Part shown: positions 10,030 through 19,367 of the stretch, piece by piece
Position numbering within the stretch: the first letter of the stretch is position 1
Layout: each line of letters starts with the position of its first letter
Sequence record: NC_054910.1
DNA length: 64,000 bases
Direction: 5' to 3' (one strand)
Origin: Escherichia phage EcNP1
The notes under the pieces: model-generated
Told to the model about the DNA's origin: nothing
The model's input: only the letters and a program-made list of their open reading frames with translations
Databases searched by the model: none
Made by a program: the position numbers and the translations under genes

Positions 10030-11712
10030 TTAAACCATTACAGTAAATCGACCAACTTTCTTCATTTGAAGATGCTGACCATATGCTTGCGGGTCGTGGT
10101 CTCTATGTGAAATAACAAAAACATTAGTATTTTTTAAACTATCTAAAATAGTTGAAATAGCTTTTACACCTTCAACATCGGTTGCTGAATCAAAAACTTC
10201 ATCAAGAATTAGTGTGTTTATTTTAACACCTGAAACTTTTTCAGCAATATCACGCCAAGTAAATAAAAGAGCAATATCAATTCGTGCTTTTTCACCTTGA
10301 CTAAATGAAGCATAACTAAAATCTTCACGACCACGGGATTTAATTGTCTCATTAAATTCTTCATCTAATGTAAACACATAATCCGCTTCCATTATTTTAA
10401 GATAATGGTTAATCTGCTTATTAAATAATGGAATGTACTTTTTAATAATAGCACCTTTAATACCAGAATCTTTGAGCATGTCAGTCAAAATTCCTCTGTG
10501 GTATTTTTCCATTACTAAATTAGTTTTTGTCTTAACAATTTTATCAAGTTCTTCTTGAAGCAGTGCTATTTCATCAGCATGGTCAATAAACTCAGATGAT
10601 GCTTTTTCTATAGCCGCTTTAACCTTTTTAGCTTTATCTACCGTCGTGATTAAGGATTGCTTTTTATTGCGAATATCATTTGCCAACGTCTGCTGGGTTT
10701 TAATATTATCTCGGTATTCATCAACAAGAACTTTTAAATTATCACGATGTGTTGAAAGCTGTTCAAATGAATGCGTACATTCAGAAACTTTATCTTTAAT
10801 TTTAGAAACAACTTTATCACCGGAACTTAATTGTGACAAACAGGTTGGACATAATCCACCTTCGTGATACATATTAATGACTTTATTATACGAGTCAATT
10901 TTTGATTTAATTAAAAATGCTTCTTGACCGATTTTATTAAATGCATCAGTCGGGTCTTCATCCAAAACAATATTAACTAATCTTTCATTAGCTTCTTCTA
11001 TTTCCGATTTTAACGTTCTGGCTTCTTTTGCCAAATCATCATACATATTCTGTAGACGAGTAAGGTTATCACCAGTTAATTTTTTCTGGCGTTCAACGTT
11101 ATCATTATATATTTTAATTTGTTGGATAATACTATCTTTTTTAACATCAAGCACTTGGTTTTGTGAATTTAATTCACGTATTAGTGCTTTATTAAGCTTA
11201 TCCATTTCAGCTAATGTTCCTACCTCAAGCAGGTCTTCGACGAGTTTTCTTCTTGCAGGAGTGGATAGGCCCATGAAAGGGGTATATCCAGCCGTGCCGA
11301 GTACGACGATCTGTTTGAAACTGGCGTATGACATTCCGATAAGCTGTTCAAATTCTGCTTGGAAATCTTTACTGCTGGCAGATTCATTAAGACGTGTACC
11401 GTTAACGGTGATTTCGAAAACATTCGGTTTTTGTCCTCTTTTGATATAGTACTTTTTCTCATCATATTCCATCCACAGTTCAACTAAAAGCTCTTTCTTA
11501 TTTGTGCTGTTTATTAATTGGCCTTTCTTTACATCACGGAATGGCTTGCCAAAAAGCCCAAATGTGATGGCTTCTAACATAGTAGACTTACCACCGCCAT
11601 TTCGTCCAGTAATAAGAGTTTTTTGAACCTTATCTAGTTGAATGTCAATAGGATTTCCACCTACTGACATTATATTTTGATACCTAACTCGGTTTAGTTT
11701 AAAATTCTTCAC
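10030..11712 (-). CDS. 46: Recombination endonuclease subunit (SbcC/Rad50-like ATPase, Walker A GRNGGGKST)
   Basis: 560 aa as T4 gp46; GTG start overlapping upstream stop. Confidence 0.94.
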   Translation of the reverse strand: MKNFKLNRVRYQNIMSVGGNPIDIQLDKVQKTLITGRNGGGKSTMLEAITFGLFGKPFRDVKKGQLINSTNKKELLVELWMEYDEKKYYIKRGQKPNVFEITVNGTRLNESASSKDFQAEFEQLIGMSYASFKQIVVLGTAGYTPFMGLSTPARRKLVEDLLEVGTLAEMDKLNKALIRELNSQNQVLDVKKDSIIQQIKIYNDNVERQKKLTGDNLTRLQNMYDDLAKEARTLKSEIEEANERLVNIVLDEDPTDAFNKIGQEAFLIKSKIDSYNKVINMYHEGGLCPTCLSQLSSGDKVVSKIKDKVSECTHSFEQLSTHRDNLKVLVDEYRDNIKTQQTLANDIRNKKQSLITTVDKAKKVKAAIEKASSEFIDHADEIALLQEELDKIVKTKTNLVMEKYHRGILTDMLKDSGIKGAIIKKYIPLFNKQINHYLKIMEADYVFTLDEEFNETIKSRGREDFSYASFSQGEKARIDIALLFTWRDIAEKVSGVKINTLILDEVFDSATDVEGVKAISTILDSLKNTNVFVISHRDHDPQAYGQHLQMKKVGRFTVMV

Positions 11713-11924
11713 AAAAGATTCCTTTTAATGTATCTTTTAGACCATTCTATCATATCATCATAATCTAAAAAGTATTCATCAAATTCAGCCATGCAAACAA
11801 CACCTTGTGCTGCTTTTGATGTGATATAAATTATTCCAACATATCTAGAATCTTCTTCGGTGTATTCAATATTTGCTATGAATTCATCGTTAATGTCAAA
11901 TGTCGAAAACTTCACAGTATGCAT
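11709..11924 (-). CDS. Hypothetical protein (T4 46.1 position)
   Basis: ORF track 11709..11972; internal ATG at 11922-11924 chosen; start uncertain. Confidence 0.45.
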   Translation of the reverse strand: MHTVKFSTFDINDEFIANIEYTEEDSRYVGIIYITSKAAQGVVCMAEFDEYFLDYDDMIEWSKRYIKRNLL

Positions 11925-12159
11925 CCTTAATACAAGATACAGCCATATCTTGTAATGATTTAGGTGTGTCATTATCTAAAATGTTGAAGTTAAAAGATAC
12001 AGCCCAGTCAGTGCAGACCGTAACCTTTTTAATACAATTATCTTCAACCTCTAGCGGTTCAAACCAATATTCAATAATTTCTTTATGACCAATATCATCT
12101 TTTACTTCGCATTCAAAATGCTGACTCATCATATCATTTTTAAATTCATCAAAAGTCAT
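11896..12159 (-). CDS. Hypothetical protein (T4 46.2 position)
   Basis: ORF track 87 aa. Confidence 0.6.
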   Translation of the reverse strand: MTFDEFKNDMMSQHFECEVKDDIGHKEIIEYWFEPLEVEDNCIKKVTVCTDWAVSFNFNILDNDTPKSLQDMAVSCIKDAYCEVFDI

Positions 12160-13175
12160 TGTGTTGCCTCTACATATAACTGATTTGCATATTGAATAAG
12201 TGCTTCGCGATCAGAATCAGTGATGTCTGGAATTGCATTAATGTATTCTTCCATCAATGTCTGAAGAGATTGAACTTCAACTTCTTCACTATCATCTGAC
12301 TCAACAGAGTTATCAATCTTTGACACAACTCGTAATGAATGCACAACTTTTTCTAGTTCAGATTCGAACTTCGTCAGATTTTTGTCTACCTCAGTTACTA
12401 TAACACGTACTGATAGATTTGTAAAATCTTTATAGTCAATTTTTCCCTTAAATGGATATTGAATTCGACGATGCCAGGTAGTGTTGTTTGGAATAAATTC
12501 CATTCGTTCTGTTTCTGTATCAAACATCCAGAACCCACGAGGGTCATTCTCGTCACCTGCAGTTAGTGTCCATGGTGTCCCAATATATCTGACGTTAGCA
12601 GCCTCAGAGATAGTATGGAAGTGACCAGACCACACTTCTTTATAAGTCTTAAGGAAATCAGGTTCAAGACCGTGAGATTTCATTCCTTTATAAAAATAAA
12701 ATCCATTCAACTCCCAGTGACCGACACAAAAAGAAGCAGATGAAGTTTTGATGTGTTCAAGAATTTCACCAGTATTTTCTTCACACATCCAAGGAATTAA
12801 ATCAATCAAACATCCGTCAAAATCTACTGTAGTAGGCTTATCATATACTTTAACATTAGGATATTTAGCCAAAAGCTCAGTAGAAGCATTTGGAGTTAAA
12901 GTATTTTTAAAGTGCATATCATGGTTTCCTACAACAGTATGTAGGGTAATACCAGCATCATCAAGCATTTGAACTATTTCACGTGCGAACTCCATAGTTT
13001 TATGCGTGATTGCTTTTCGCACATCAAAAATATCACCGTATTGAATCCATGTAGTAATTCCATTTTTCTTAGAATATTCTATCGCCTGCTTAATTCCATC
13101 CAACTGGATTGATTGAACCCACTCATCATCGGCTTTAACACCTAAATGCCAATCACCTAAATTTAAAATTTTCAT
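12156..13175 (-). CDS. 47: Recombination endonuclease subunit (Mre11/SbcD-like phosphoesterase)
   Basis: 339 aa as T4 gp47; metallophosphoesterase motifs (GDWH, GNHD). Confidence 0.94.
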   Translation of the reverse strand: MKILNLGDWHLGVKADDEWVQSIQLDGIKQAIEYSKKNGITTWIQYGDIFDVRKAITHKTMEFAREIVQMLDDAGITLHTVVGNHDMHFKNTLTPNASTELLAKYPNVKVYDKPTTVDFDGCLIDLIPWMCEENTGEILEHIKTSSASFCVGHWELNGFYFYKGMKSHGLEPDFLKTYKEVWSGHFHTISEAANVRYIGTPWTLTAGDENDPRGFWMFDTETERMEFIPNNTTWHRRIQYPFKGKIDYKDFTNLSVRVIVTEVDKNLTKFESELEKVVHSLRVVSKIDNSVESDDSEEVEVQSLQTLMEEYINAIPDITDSDREALIQYANQLYVEATQ

Positions 13176-13312
13176 ATATCAAGAACCGTCATTGAAATGC
13201 AAAATAAAATTATTGAAATAAATCCATCTGGAGTACTAAAGAACCCAATCCAACATGCTCTAGTGAATAGATAAAATGCGAGAAAAAGTATCACATATCC
13301 AAGAAATATCAT
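13172..13312 (-). CDS. Small hydrophobic peptide, 46 aa
   Basis: Manual translation MIFLGYVILFLAFYLF...; stop TGA overlaps gene 47 ATG (ATATGA); below ORF-track cutoff. Confidence 0.35.
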   Translation of the reverse strand: MIFLGYVILFLAFYLFTRACWIGFFSTPDGFISIILFCISMTVLDI

Positions 13313-13336
13313 TATATCAAACTCCGTATAAAGCTA

Positions 13337-13353
13337 AAGGGCCGAAGCCCTTT
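13337..13353 (-). other. C(UUCG)G hairpin after alpha-gt
   Basis: Plus aagggccgaagcccttt at the alpha-gt stop. Confidence 0.6.
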
Positions 13354-14554
13354 ATTTTGTAATAATGTCAAACTGTTCTTTAAAGCAGAAGCTTGAATCT
13401 TGATGCTGATACAAAAATTCATAAGCTTTTTCACGTTCGCGGTCATAAAGAGCTCGGTCAGATGACAGTTCTTTAATACGTTCAAATGTTAATTCCATGT
13501 CATTTTCATCAAACCAAACGATACCGCTATCATGAGAAATTAATGGAGTATTATCAACACGGAATTTTAAATTTTCGCCCGTAGATTTCCAAAATACTGG
13601 AATTGTTCCACATGCACCAAGCTCGAGATGAGTATATTCTAAAGAACGTTGTAGATATTTTTTATCTAATTTACTCAGCTGATAACCAAATCCGGATTTA
13701 CTCATGCGTTCAAGCATTTCGCTATTTACATAACGATCAAGAATTTGCGTTGGCAAATTAGGAGCAATTTTAATTTGGTCTACTTGATGAAGACGATAAT
13801 ACTCGTATGGAATTCCTTTTTCTTTAATAGGAATGAACGCTGGAGAACGTTCCAGACCTTCCATAATAGTACTTAGTCCTGCAGGTTTAAGATGTTTTTC
13901 GTGAAAATCAAACATCTGATAAAAGCCTTTCCATGTAGTAGTACGACCAATCCAACGATTGATATTCATGTTAATTTCAGAAACATCTTTCCAGTAGGTT
14001 GATCGAACCTTCGCAATATCCATAGGAGGCTGAAAGTTATATACGGTCGGTGCTTCTTCAATATCATCAAACAGTGAAACAGTTTCTGGATACCATTCTT
14101 TCATTAAAACTTTATTAAAATCACCATTATCAGAATGGCTAAAAATAACATCAGCTCGACGAACAGTTTCTTCTAATCCCAAATTTCGGCGTAAAGAAAG
14201 AGAAGAATGGTCATGCTGATAAACTACAACACGAACCGAAGGTTTAATGTTATCAATAATTTTTTTATAGTTATTAATGATGTCTTCTTCTACTGAAGTA
14301 GCAGGAACTGAATTGATAATTAGAATATCACAATCATTTACCAGCTTAAGTGTTTTATCGTATTCTTTTGCCAATAAAACCGGAATTGAAAATGACTTAT
14401 AATCATGTGCGCAATTACGAGTAAATGATTTATCTTTAGCATAAACCAAAGTTACTTCATGACCATTTTTAATAAACCAATCACGTTGCTCAAGAGAAAA
14501 TTTAGTTACACCACAACCTTCAAGACCTCGAGCCATAAAAATACATACTTTCAT
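13352..14554 (-). CDS. a-gt: DNA alpha-glucosyltransferase
   Basis: 400 aa, near-identical to T4 alpha-gt as recalled (MRICIFMARGLEGCGVTKF...). Confidence 0.95.
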   Translation of the reverse strand: MKVCIFMARGLEGCGVTKFSLEQRDWFIKNGHEVTLVYAKDKSFTRNCAHDYKSFSIPVLLAKEYDKTLKLVNDCDILIINSVPATSVEEDIINNYKKIIDNIKPSVRVVVYQHDHSSLSLRRNLGLEETVRRADVIFSHSDNGDFNKVLMKEWYPETVSLFDDIEEAPTVYNFQPPMDIAKVRSTYWKDVSEINMNINRWIGRTTTWKGFYQMFDFHEKHLKPAGLSTIMEGLERSPAFIPIKEKGIPYEYYRLHQVDQIKIAPNLPTQILDRYVNSEMLERMSKSGFGYQLSKLDKKYLQRSLEYTHLELGACGTIPVFWKSTGENLKFRVDNTPLISHDSGIVWFDENDMELTFERIKELSSDRALYDREREKAYEFLYQHQDSSFCFKEQFDIITK

Positions 14555-14605
14555 TTAATATCCTCATTGTTTTGGTTTATTTTACCAAAAATTTATAAAG
14601 CAATA

Positions 14606-14623
14606 TAGGAGCCGAAGCTCCTA
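14606..14623 (-). other. UUCG hairpin
   Basis: Plus aggagccgaagctcct. Confidence 0.55.
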
Positions 14624-14794
14624 TCCGCATAATACGCCATACAGAGGCTCATTAGAGCTTCTAAATTTTATACGCTTATATGTTATAGTTCCTTCTGCTT
14701 TAGCTTTATCATGAGACTCTTTAAAACGTCTCATCATTTCTACTTTAGAGGAACGAATTTTATTATAATCTATTTCAGAAGTCTGGGTGTTCAT
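14621..14794 (-). CDS. Small hypothetical protein, 57 aa
   Basis: Manual translation MNTQTSEIDYNKIRSS...; ATG 3 nt after upstream stop; below ORF-track cutoff. Confidence 0.35.
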   Translation of the reverse strand: MNTQTSEIDYNKIRSSKVEMMRRFKESHDKAKAEGTITYKRIKFRSSNEPLYGVLCG

Positions 14795-14797
14795 CTT

Positions 14798-15004
14798 TCA
14801 CAGTTGCCACCATTTTTTGACTTGATAAGAATCAACCCACACTTTCATATTAGGGTCTGCTCTTACAATAGGAGGATTAACTTCTTTGATTGAACTATCA
14901 TGGTATTCTTTTTCAGAAATTTTCACGCAAAGATGACCATTCAAAGATTCAGTAAATCCTGCATTAATTTTAAGACGCTTGAATTTTACGTGTGTAAGCA
15001 TCAA
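14798..15004 (-). CDS. Hypothetical protein
   Basis: ORF track 68 aa. Confidence 0.4.
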   Translation of the reverse strand: MMLTHVKFKRLKINAGFTESLNGHLCVKISEKEYHDSSIKEVNPPIVRADPNMKVWVDSYQVKKWWQL

Positions 15005-15287
15005 TCATATCCTCAATCTGCGATCTAGTAGTCTTCCAAAGAATACTAATGAGTTCATCGTTATATGGCTGTTTTAGAATATCCCGACTTTTCTTGATAG
15101 CATATTCGTATTGAGCGAAATTATTGTTTTCAGCTGCAATCTGAGCGTGTTTATAAAGACGGTTCAGTTCGCGTTTATTTTTAGACAATAACTTATTTGC
15201 TTTTCTTTCTGCTTCAAGACGGTTCTTTTCTTCAATAGAAGAAATAAGCTTTTCCACTTCATCATTAATTTCGGGTTTATCAGTCAT
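14970..15287 (-). CDS. Hypothetical protein
   Basis: ORF track 105 aa. Confidence 0.6.
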   Translation of the reverse strand: MTDKPEINDEVEKLISSIEEKNRLEAERKANKLLSKNKRELNRLYKHAQIAAENNNFAQYEYAIKKSRDILKQPYNDELISILWKTTRSQIEDMIDAYTRKIQAS

Positions 15288-15288
15288 A

Positions 15289-15507
15289 TTATTTCTCTAA
15301 TATAAAATAAAAATCATCATCTGTTAAATGATACCGATAGTTTAATTCTACACCATTAGATTTAAAAGCGGTATCATACGGATTTTCTGGATCAATATCA
15401 ATGTCAAGAGCTAAAACTTCCCTGAGATACATTTTAAGTAAATAGGGAATAGCTTCAACTTCAGGTATTTCTTCCAAGAATCCGGAGAGGTTAATCGTTA
15501 GCCTCAT
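15289..15507 (-). CDS. Hypothetical protein
   Basis: ORF track 72 aa. Confidence 0.55.
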
Positions 15508-16048
15508 ATAAAAAATCCAAACTAGGAGAATCGTCTACAACACTTTTCTTTTCAGCCCCCGGTGTTCTATAGGTTGATTCTTCGTAATGCGTCATTTTAT
15601 CGTAGATGTCTTGAATAAAAGTTTCATCTACTAACGCAACCATATCGTCGTCACGACTGTCATAGACATTGTGAACGAAGTAACTATATTTCTTTGCAAC
15701 TTCCTTACGTTCTTTTTTAATACGTTGGACGAATGCATTAAAACAAGCTTGAGTTATATATGCATGTGGGTTTTTATATTTCGTTTCATCAAAATTATGA
15801 AGTCCCTTAATAGAAGCTTCTATACCATCTGCAATCATTTCTTGTTTCCAAGATTGGGTGTATCCTGAAAAGTTGAAACGTTTAGATAAGCCTTCTGCAA
15901 TAAGCATAATGGCTAATCCGATAGTATCATTCTGACGAACTACTTTATTTGGGTCTTTATTATTTGCTAATTCTGTTTTCCAATCAATAATAGCTTGTAA
16001 AAGCTCTTTATTGTTTACGTAATTATATTTAGGCTTAGTTTCTGACAT
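15491..16048 (-). CDS. 55: Late transcription sigma factor gp55
   Basis: Start set to MSETKPKY (ATG 16046-16048, RBS AAGAGGTGAAA), 185 aa as T4 gp55. Confidence 0.93.
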
Positions 16049-16126
16049 TTTCACCTCTTAGCTCAATTCATAGATCTATTATATCATAATATTTGAAGAT
16101 CTATCTTAAAGCATAGAGGATATCAG

Positions 16127-16396
16127 TTATCTAAGTAAACAGTATGCTTGGAACACTTTCTCCATCATCTTTTTAAATTCATGAATATCTATGTAATGAC
16201 TAGTTAAATCAGCATGATATAAAAAGTCTAAAAACTTTTCATGTGTGCTAACATATTCGCTTTCATTTAATTCAGAAACATGGCTTTCCCAATATCCAAC
16301 ACCAGTCTTATTTGGGAAAAATGAAATTTTCATGTATTGGTCAACATAGAAAATTCCATAATTTTCAATAGTAATAGAAATATTAATAAATTTCAT
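16127..16396 (-). CDS. Hypothetical protein
   Basis: ORF track 89 aa. Confidence 0.6.
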   Translation of the reverse strand: MKFINISITIENYGIFYVDQYMKISFFPNKTGVGYWESHVSELNESEYVSTHEKFLDFLYHADLTSHYIDIHEFKKMMEKVFQAYCLLR

Positions 16397-16608
16397 GCAT
16401 TCATCAACTTAGCCGCTTCAAGAGCTGCATCTAGTGAATCAAATTGGTCAACGTATTCAATCAATTCGCCATAATTGGCGTATAACCACCATTGGCTAAA
16501 TTCATACTCAAGGATGAATCCATTTCCTTCAATTTGAGTTAAACCAATGCCATTTGTATTTACTTCATATCCGGCAAGACGCAAATCGTTAATAAGAGCT
16601 TCGTTCAT
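16393..16608 (-). CDS. Hypothetical protein
   Basis: ORF track 71 aa. Confidence 0.6.
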   Translation of the reverse strand: MNEALINDLRLAGYEVNTNGIGLTQIEGNGFILEYEFSQWWLYANYGELIEYVDQFDSLDAALEAAKLMNA

Positions 16609-16610
16609 AA

Positions 16611-16937
16611 TTATGCCTTAGTAATTTTCAGGTCAGCAAATTTTTTCTTGCGTTGATTTTTCATACGACGAATAGTTTTATCGGAAATTTCATGTTTTTG
16701 ATAAGCTTTAGATTCTACACCAAAAGCTTTAACATCAAATTCTGACAAAATATATTGAACCAACAATTCACGGACAGTATTGCGTCCAATTTTCTGATCA
16801 TTCTGTTTCATCGTCTGATGAAGTTCTTTTTCCCATTTATCCAAAATTTGAGGAGTTACAATATCGCCTTTTTCTAGCAAAGAAACTACTTTATCATATG
16901 CATAAGAATTGATGGCGTTTTTAATTTGAATAGTCAT
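16611..16937 (-). CDS. Hypothetical protein
   Basis: ORF track 108 aa. Confidence 0.6.
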   Translation of the reverse strand: MTIQIKNAINSYAYDKVVSLLEKGDIVTPQILDKWEKELHQTMKQNDQKIGRNTVRELLVQYILSEFDVKAFGVESKAYQKHEISDKTIRRMKNQRKKKFADLKITKA

Positions 16938-16971
16938 ACATTATCCTCAATTACATTAAAATTTTATTATC

Positions 16972-16993
16972 CAAAAAAGGGCCGAAGCCCTTA
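16972..16993 (-). terminator. UUCG hairpin terminator
   Basis: Minus RNA AAGGGCUUCGGCCCUU followed by UUUUUU. Confidence 0.65.
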
Positions 16994-17191
16994 GCTAAAC
17001 TGTTTGGCACCCTTCCAGCCTTCGTACATCATTGCGGCTGATATTAATATTGCTCCTGCGCATTTTGAATATTTGTGATTCCAAAACCAGTTCAGAAAAA
17101 CTTCGTCATCAATACCCTGGGCTATCATATTTTCAAAGAACTGGCGACGAGCTTCAGCAATTCGTTGTGATAATTTAGATTCAGGATTCAT
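16991..17191 (-). CDS. Hypothetical protein
   Basis: ORF track 66 aa. Confidence 0.55.
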   Translation of the reverse strand: MNPESKLSQRIAEARRQFFENMIAQGIDDEVFLNWFWNHKYSKCAGAILISAAMMYEGWKGAKQFS

Positions 17192-17323
17192 TTAAATTTT
17201 CCAGTTACCGTTTTCATCAATAAATTTAATCCAGTCATTTACTGACCACTTGGTCGTATCGCCTTTTGGAGCAACATTTAAAGTGTATAATCCTTGTTTA
17301 AAAAGCATGCGTTTGATATTCAT
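17192..17323 (-). CDS. Hypothetical small protein
   Basis: Internal start MNIKRMLFKQ with RBS GAGGAAAAT, chosen to avoid 77-nt overlap. Confidence 0.5.
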   Translation of the reverse strand: MNIKRMLFKQGLYTLNVAPKGDTTKWSVNDWIKFIDENGNWKI

Positions 17324-17330
17324 ATTTTCC

Positions 17331-17624
17331 TCAGCTGTAACGATAGCACTCGTTTGATTTACGCTTAGCAACTCGTTGAGAAGTATTGTAATCAAAATCA
17401 TCGTCAATGTAAACTGATTTTTTCAACTTTCTTACTTCACCACGTAATTGACGATTTAACTCATCTTTAACTTCTGAATCAATGCCTTTCATTCTACGCC
17501 ATTTATCAGAGCGAAAAATGTTTTCAACCATATCTTTATGACTTACACCATCAGGAGCTTTACGCTTTCCGAAATAGTCATAATCACGTACTTTTAAATC
17601 TTTACGACGATATGTTTTACCCAT
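17331..17624 (-). CDS. Hypothetical basic protein
   Basis: Internal start MGKTYRRKDL with RBS AAGGAA. Confidence 0.55.
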   Translation of the reverse strand: MGKTYRRKDLKVRDYDYFGKRKAPDGVSHKDMVENIFRSDKWRRMKGIDSEVKDELNRQLRGEVRKLKKSVYIDDDFDYNTSQRVAKRKSNECYRYS

Positions 17625-17799
17625 GGAGTTTAATTTCCTTAGCAACTGAACTAAATACAGCACGATCACAAATCATCTGTTTATGTAACTTGAGTATAAG
17701 ATAATAAACTTCAAAACCGTTTACATAAGTAACACGAACAACATTACCATTAATAAAATAATATCGTCCCTTTTTAATTTCTTTATCAACCACAACCAT
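17617..17799 (-). CDS. Hypothetical protein
   Basis: ORF track 60 aa; early promoter immediately upstream. Confidence 0.55.
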   Translation of the reverse strand: MVVVDKEIKKGRYYFINGNVVRVTYVNGFEVYYLILKLHKQMICDRAVFSSVAKEIKLHG

Positions 17800-17825
17800 A
17801 TCAAATCCTCAAAGGCAATTCATAT

Positions 17826-17861
17826 GTTAATAATACCATAGTTTGAACTTCTTGTAAACAA
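17826..17861 (-). promoter_or_regulatory. T4-type early promoter
   Basis: Plus tgtaaacaactttgtgaaa at 17853 and taataccata -10 block. Confidence 0.65.
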
Positions 17862-17940
17862 CTTTGTGAAAATTATTTTAGGGAATGATAAGAAGGGAAT
17901 GATAGCTTAGAATGGTAATATACCGAATGTGAGAAAGAAA

Positions 17941-17954
17941 GGCCCAGAGGGCCC
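17941..17954 (-). other. GC hairpin after nrdH-like gene, possible terminator
   Basis: Plus ggcccagagggccc; U-rich run follows on minus strand. Confidence 0.5.
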
Positions 17955-17957
17955 GTC

Positions 17958-18281
17958 TTAGTCTTCTATGATATCTCTATCATATCCAAGTGAAATGAGA
18001 GTTTCTTTGAAGTGTTTAATGTTCTTTTGTCTAGAATCATTAATGAAAATGACTGGATAACGAATGTTAAGAGATGTGAATCCAGCGCGTTTAGCAAGAG
18101 ATACAATCAGTGGGCGATCATACTCAATCTTACCATTATTTGTAAGAACTTTATAGAAAGTAAAATGAGCATTGAGCTCCTTTAGAAGTTTTGTAACTGA
18201 TTGACATCCAGGACAACGACCTACTTCTTCGGGGATGCCATAGATTTCAATCTTATTCTTTAAGTTCGAGTTTTGTTCCAC
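17958..18281 (-). CDS. nrdH: Glutaredoxin/thioredoxin-fold protein (CPGC), NrdH-like
   Basis: ORF track 17958..18410; CPGC redox motif; start uncertain (GTG at 18279-18281 with AAGGAA RBS proposed). Confidence 0.6.
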   Translation of the reverse strand: MEQNSNLKNKIEIYGIPEEVGRCPGCQSVTKLLKELNAHFTFYKVLTNNGKIEYDRPLIVSLAKRAGFTSLNIRYPVIFINDSRQKNIKHFKETLISLGYDRDIIED

Positions 18282-18564
18282 GAGAAATAATTCCTTGATA
18301 AGCCCAGTATGGCGGGTTAACAGAATCATCGCCAGAATTTTCTTCAGGAAAATAAACCTGGATAACAAATCCAGATGCATCAAAGGTAAAATAAACCGTA
18401 GGTAATTCACCTAACAATTCAGCACGGTTATTAATTTCTTCGAGTTCTCGTTCTCGTCCAGCCCAAAAACTAGGATTTAGACTACATTCATAAAAATAAT
18501 AGTCATTACCGAACATATCAAAACCCTTCCAACTCTCTACCACGTACCGCTCAAAACTAATCAT
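18253..18564 (-). CDS. Hypothetical protein
   Basis: ORF track 103 aa. Confidence 0.6.
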   Translation of the reverse strand: MISFERYVVESWKGFDMFGNDYYFYECSLNPSFWAGRERELEEINNRAELLGELPTVYFTFDASGFVIQVYFPEENSGDDSVNPPYWAYQGIISRGTKLELKE

Positions 18565-18566
18565 AA

Positions 18567-18806
18567 TTAAGCCTTTTTATCAAGAACAGCATTCAGTTTG
18601 TTAGTAATTTTATCCAGACGCTCATTGAATTCGCTAGAAGATAAGCCTTTTTCTGGAGAAATCAAACTAATCACGAAAAATATAGCAATAAAAGGAATAA
18701 GAAAAATAGCACCAACTGCCATAAACAGAAAGAATGTTACAGTTGTAAGAAAATCAGCTAAACCTTTACGAAATTTATACATATTTACCCTTAATTGATT
18801 AACCAA
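18567..18806 (-). CDS. Small membrane protein
   Basis: ORF track 79 aa with hydrophobic core. Confidence 0.6.
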   Translation of the reverse strand: MVNQLRVNMYKFRKGLADFLTTVTFFLFMAVGAIFLIPFIAIFFVISLISPEKGLSSSEFNERLDKITNKLNAVLDKKA

Positions 18807-18896
18807 GCATTGATAAGCACTAAACTATATTGCGAATAAAATTCTGGACCAAAATGAAAAATCATATCATTTATAGTGTCCATAATATAATTCAAT

Positions 18897-19367
18897 TTAA
18901 TCATGTTTCCACACCCCATCGGTATTTGACCAAAGTCGCTGATTATCTGATCCTCGCCACAGCTTTTTGGTCGGAAGATTTTTCTCATACTTCCCATCAA
19001 TAATAACATCAACATATTTAAGCATTTCTAGTTGTTTAATATCTTCAAACTTATATCCTGTCCACAACCAAATGCTTTTATTGGGATAAAGATTTTTTAC
19101 TGTTTGAACAATGCAATGAACAACATCTCTATTATCAGGATAAAGAGGGTCTCCTCCAGTTATAGTTAATCCTTCTATATAATCATTATTCAAACATTTA
19201 ATTAATTGTTCCAGTGTTTCACCAGTGAATGGAACGCCATTTCTAGCATTCCACGTTGATTTATTATAACACCCTTCGCATTTATGCAAACAACCTGTAA
19301 CGAAAAGAACGACCCTGCATCCAGGGCCATTCACAAAATCGCAGGGATAAAATCTATCGTAATTCAT
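18897..19367 (-). CDS. nrdG: Anaerobic ribonucleotide reductase activase (radical SAM, CLHKCEGC)
   Basis: 156 aa; CxxxCxxC motif; T4 NrdG position. Confidence 0.92.
   Translation of the reverse strand: MNYDRFYPCDFVNGPGCRVVLFVTGCLHKCEGCYNKSTWNARNGVPFTGETLEQLIKCLNNDYIEGLTITGGDPLYPDNRDVVHCIVQTVKNLYPNKSIWLWTGYKFEDIKQLEMLKYVDVIIDGKYEKNLPTKKLWRGSDNQRLWSNTDGVWKHD

Noticed and set aside
16100-16140. Early promoter upstream of gene 55 based on agtaaac at 16134-16140
   Set aside because: No acceptable -10 element at the correct spacing.
18791-19015. Minus-strand ORF of 74 aa
   Set aside because: Overlaps nrdG in a different frame; nrdG has clear radical-SAM motifs.
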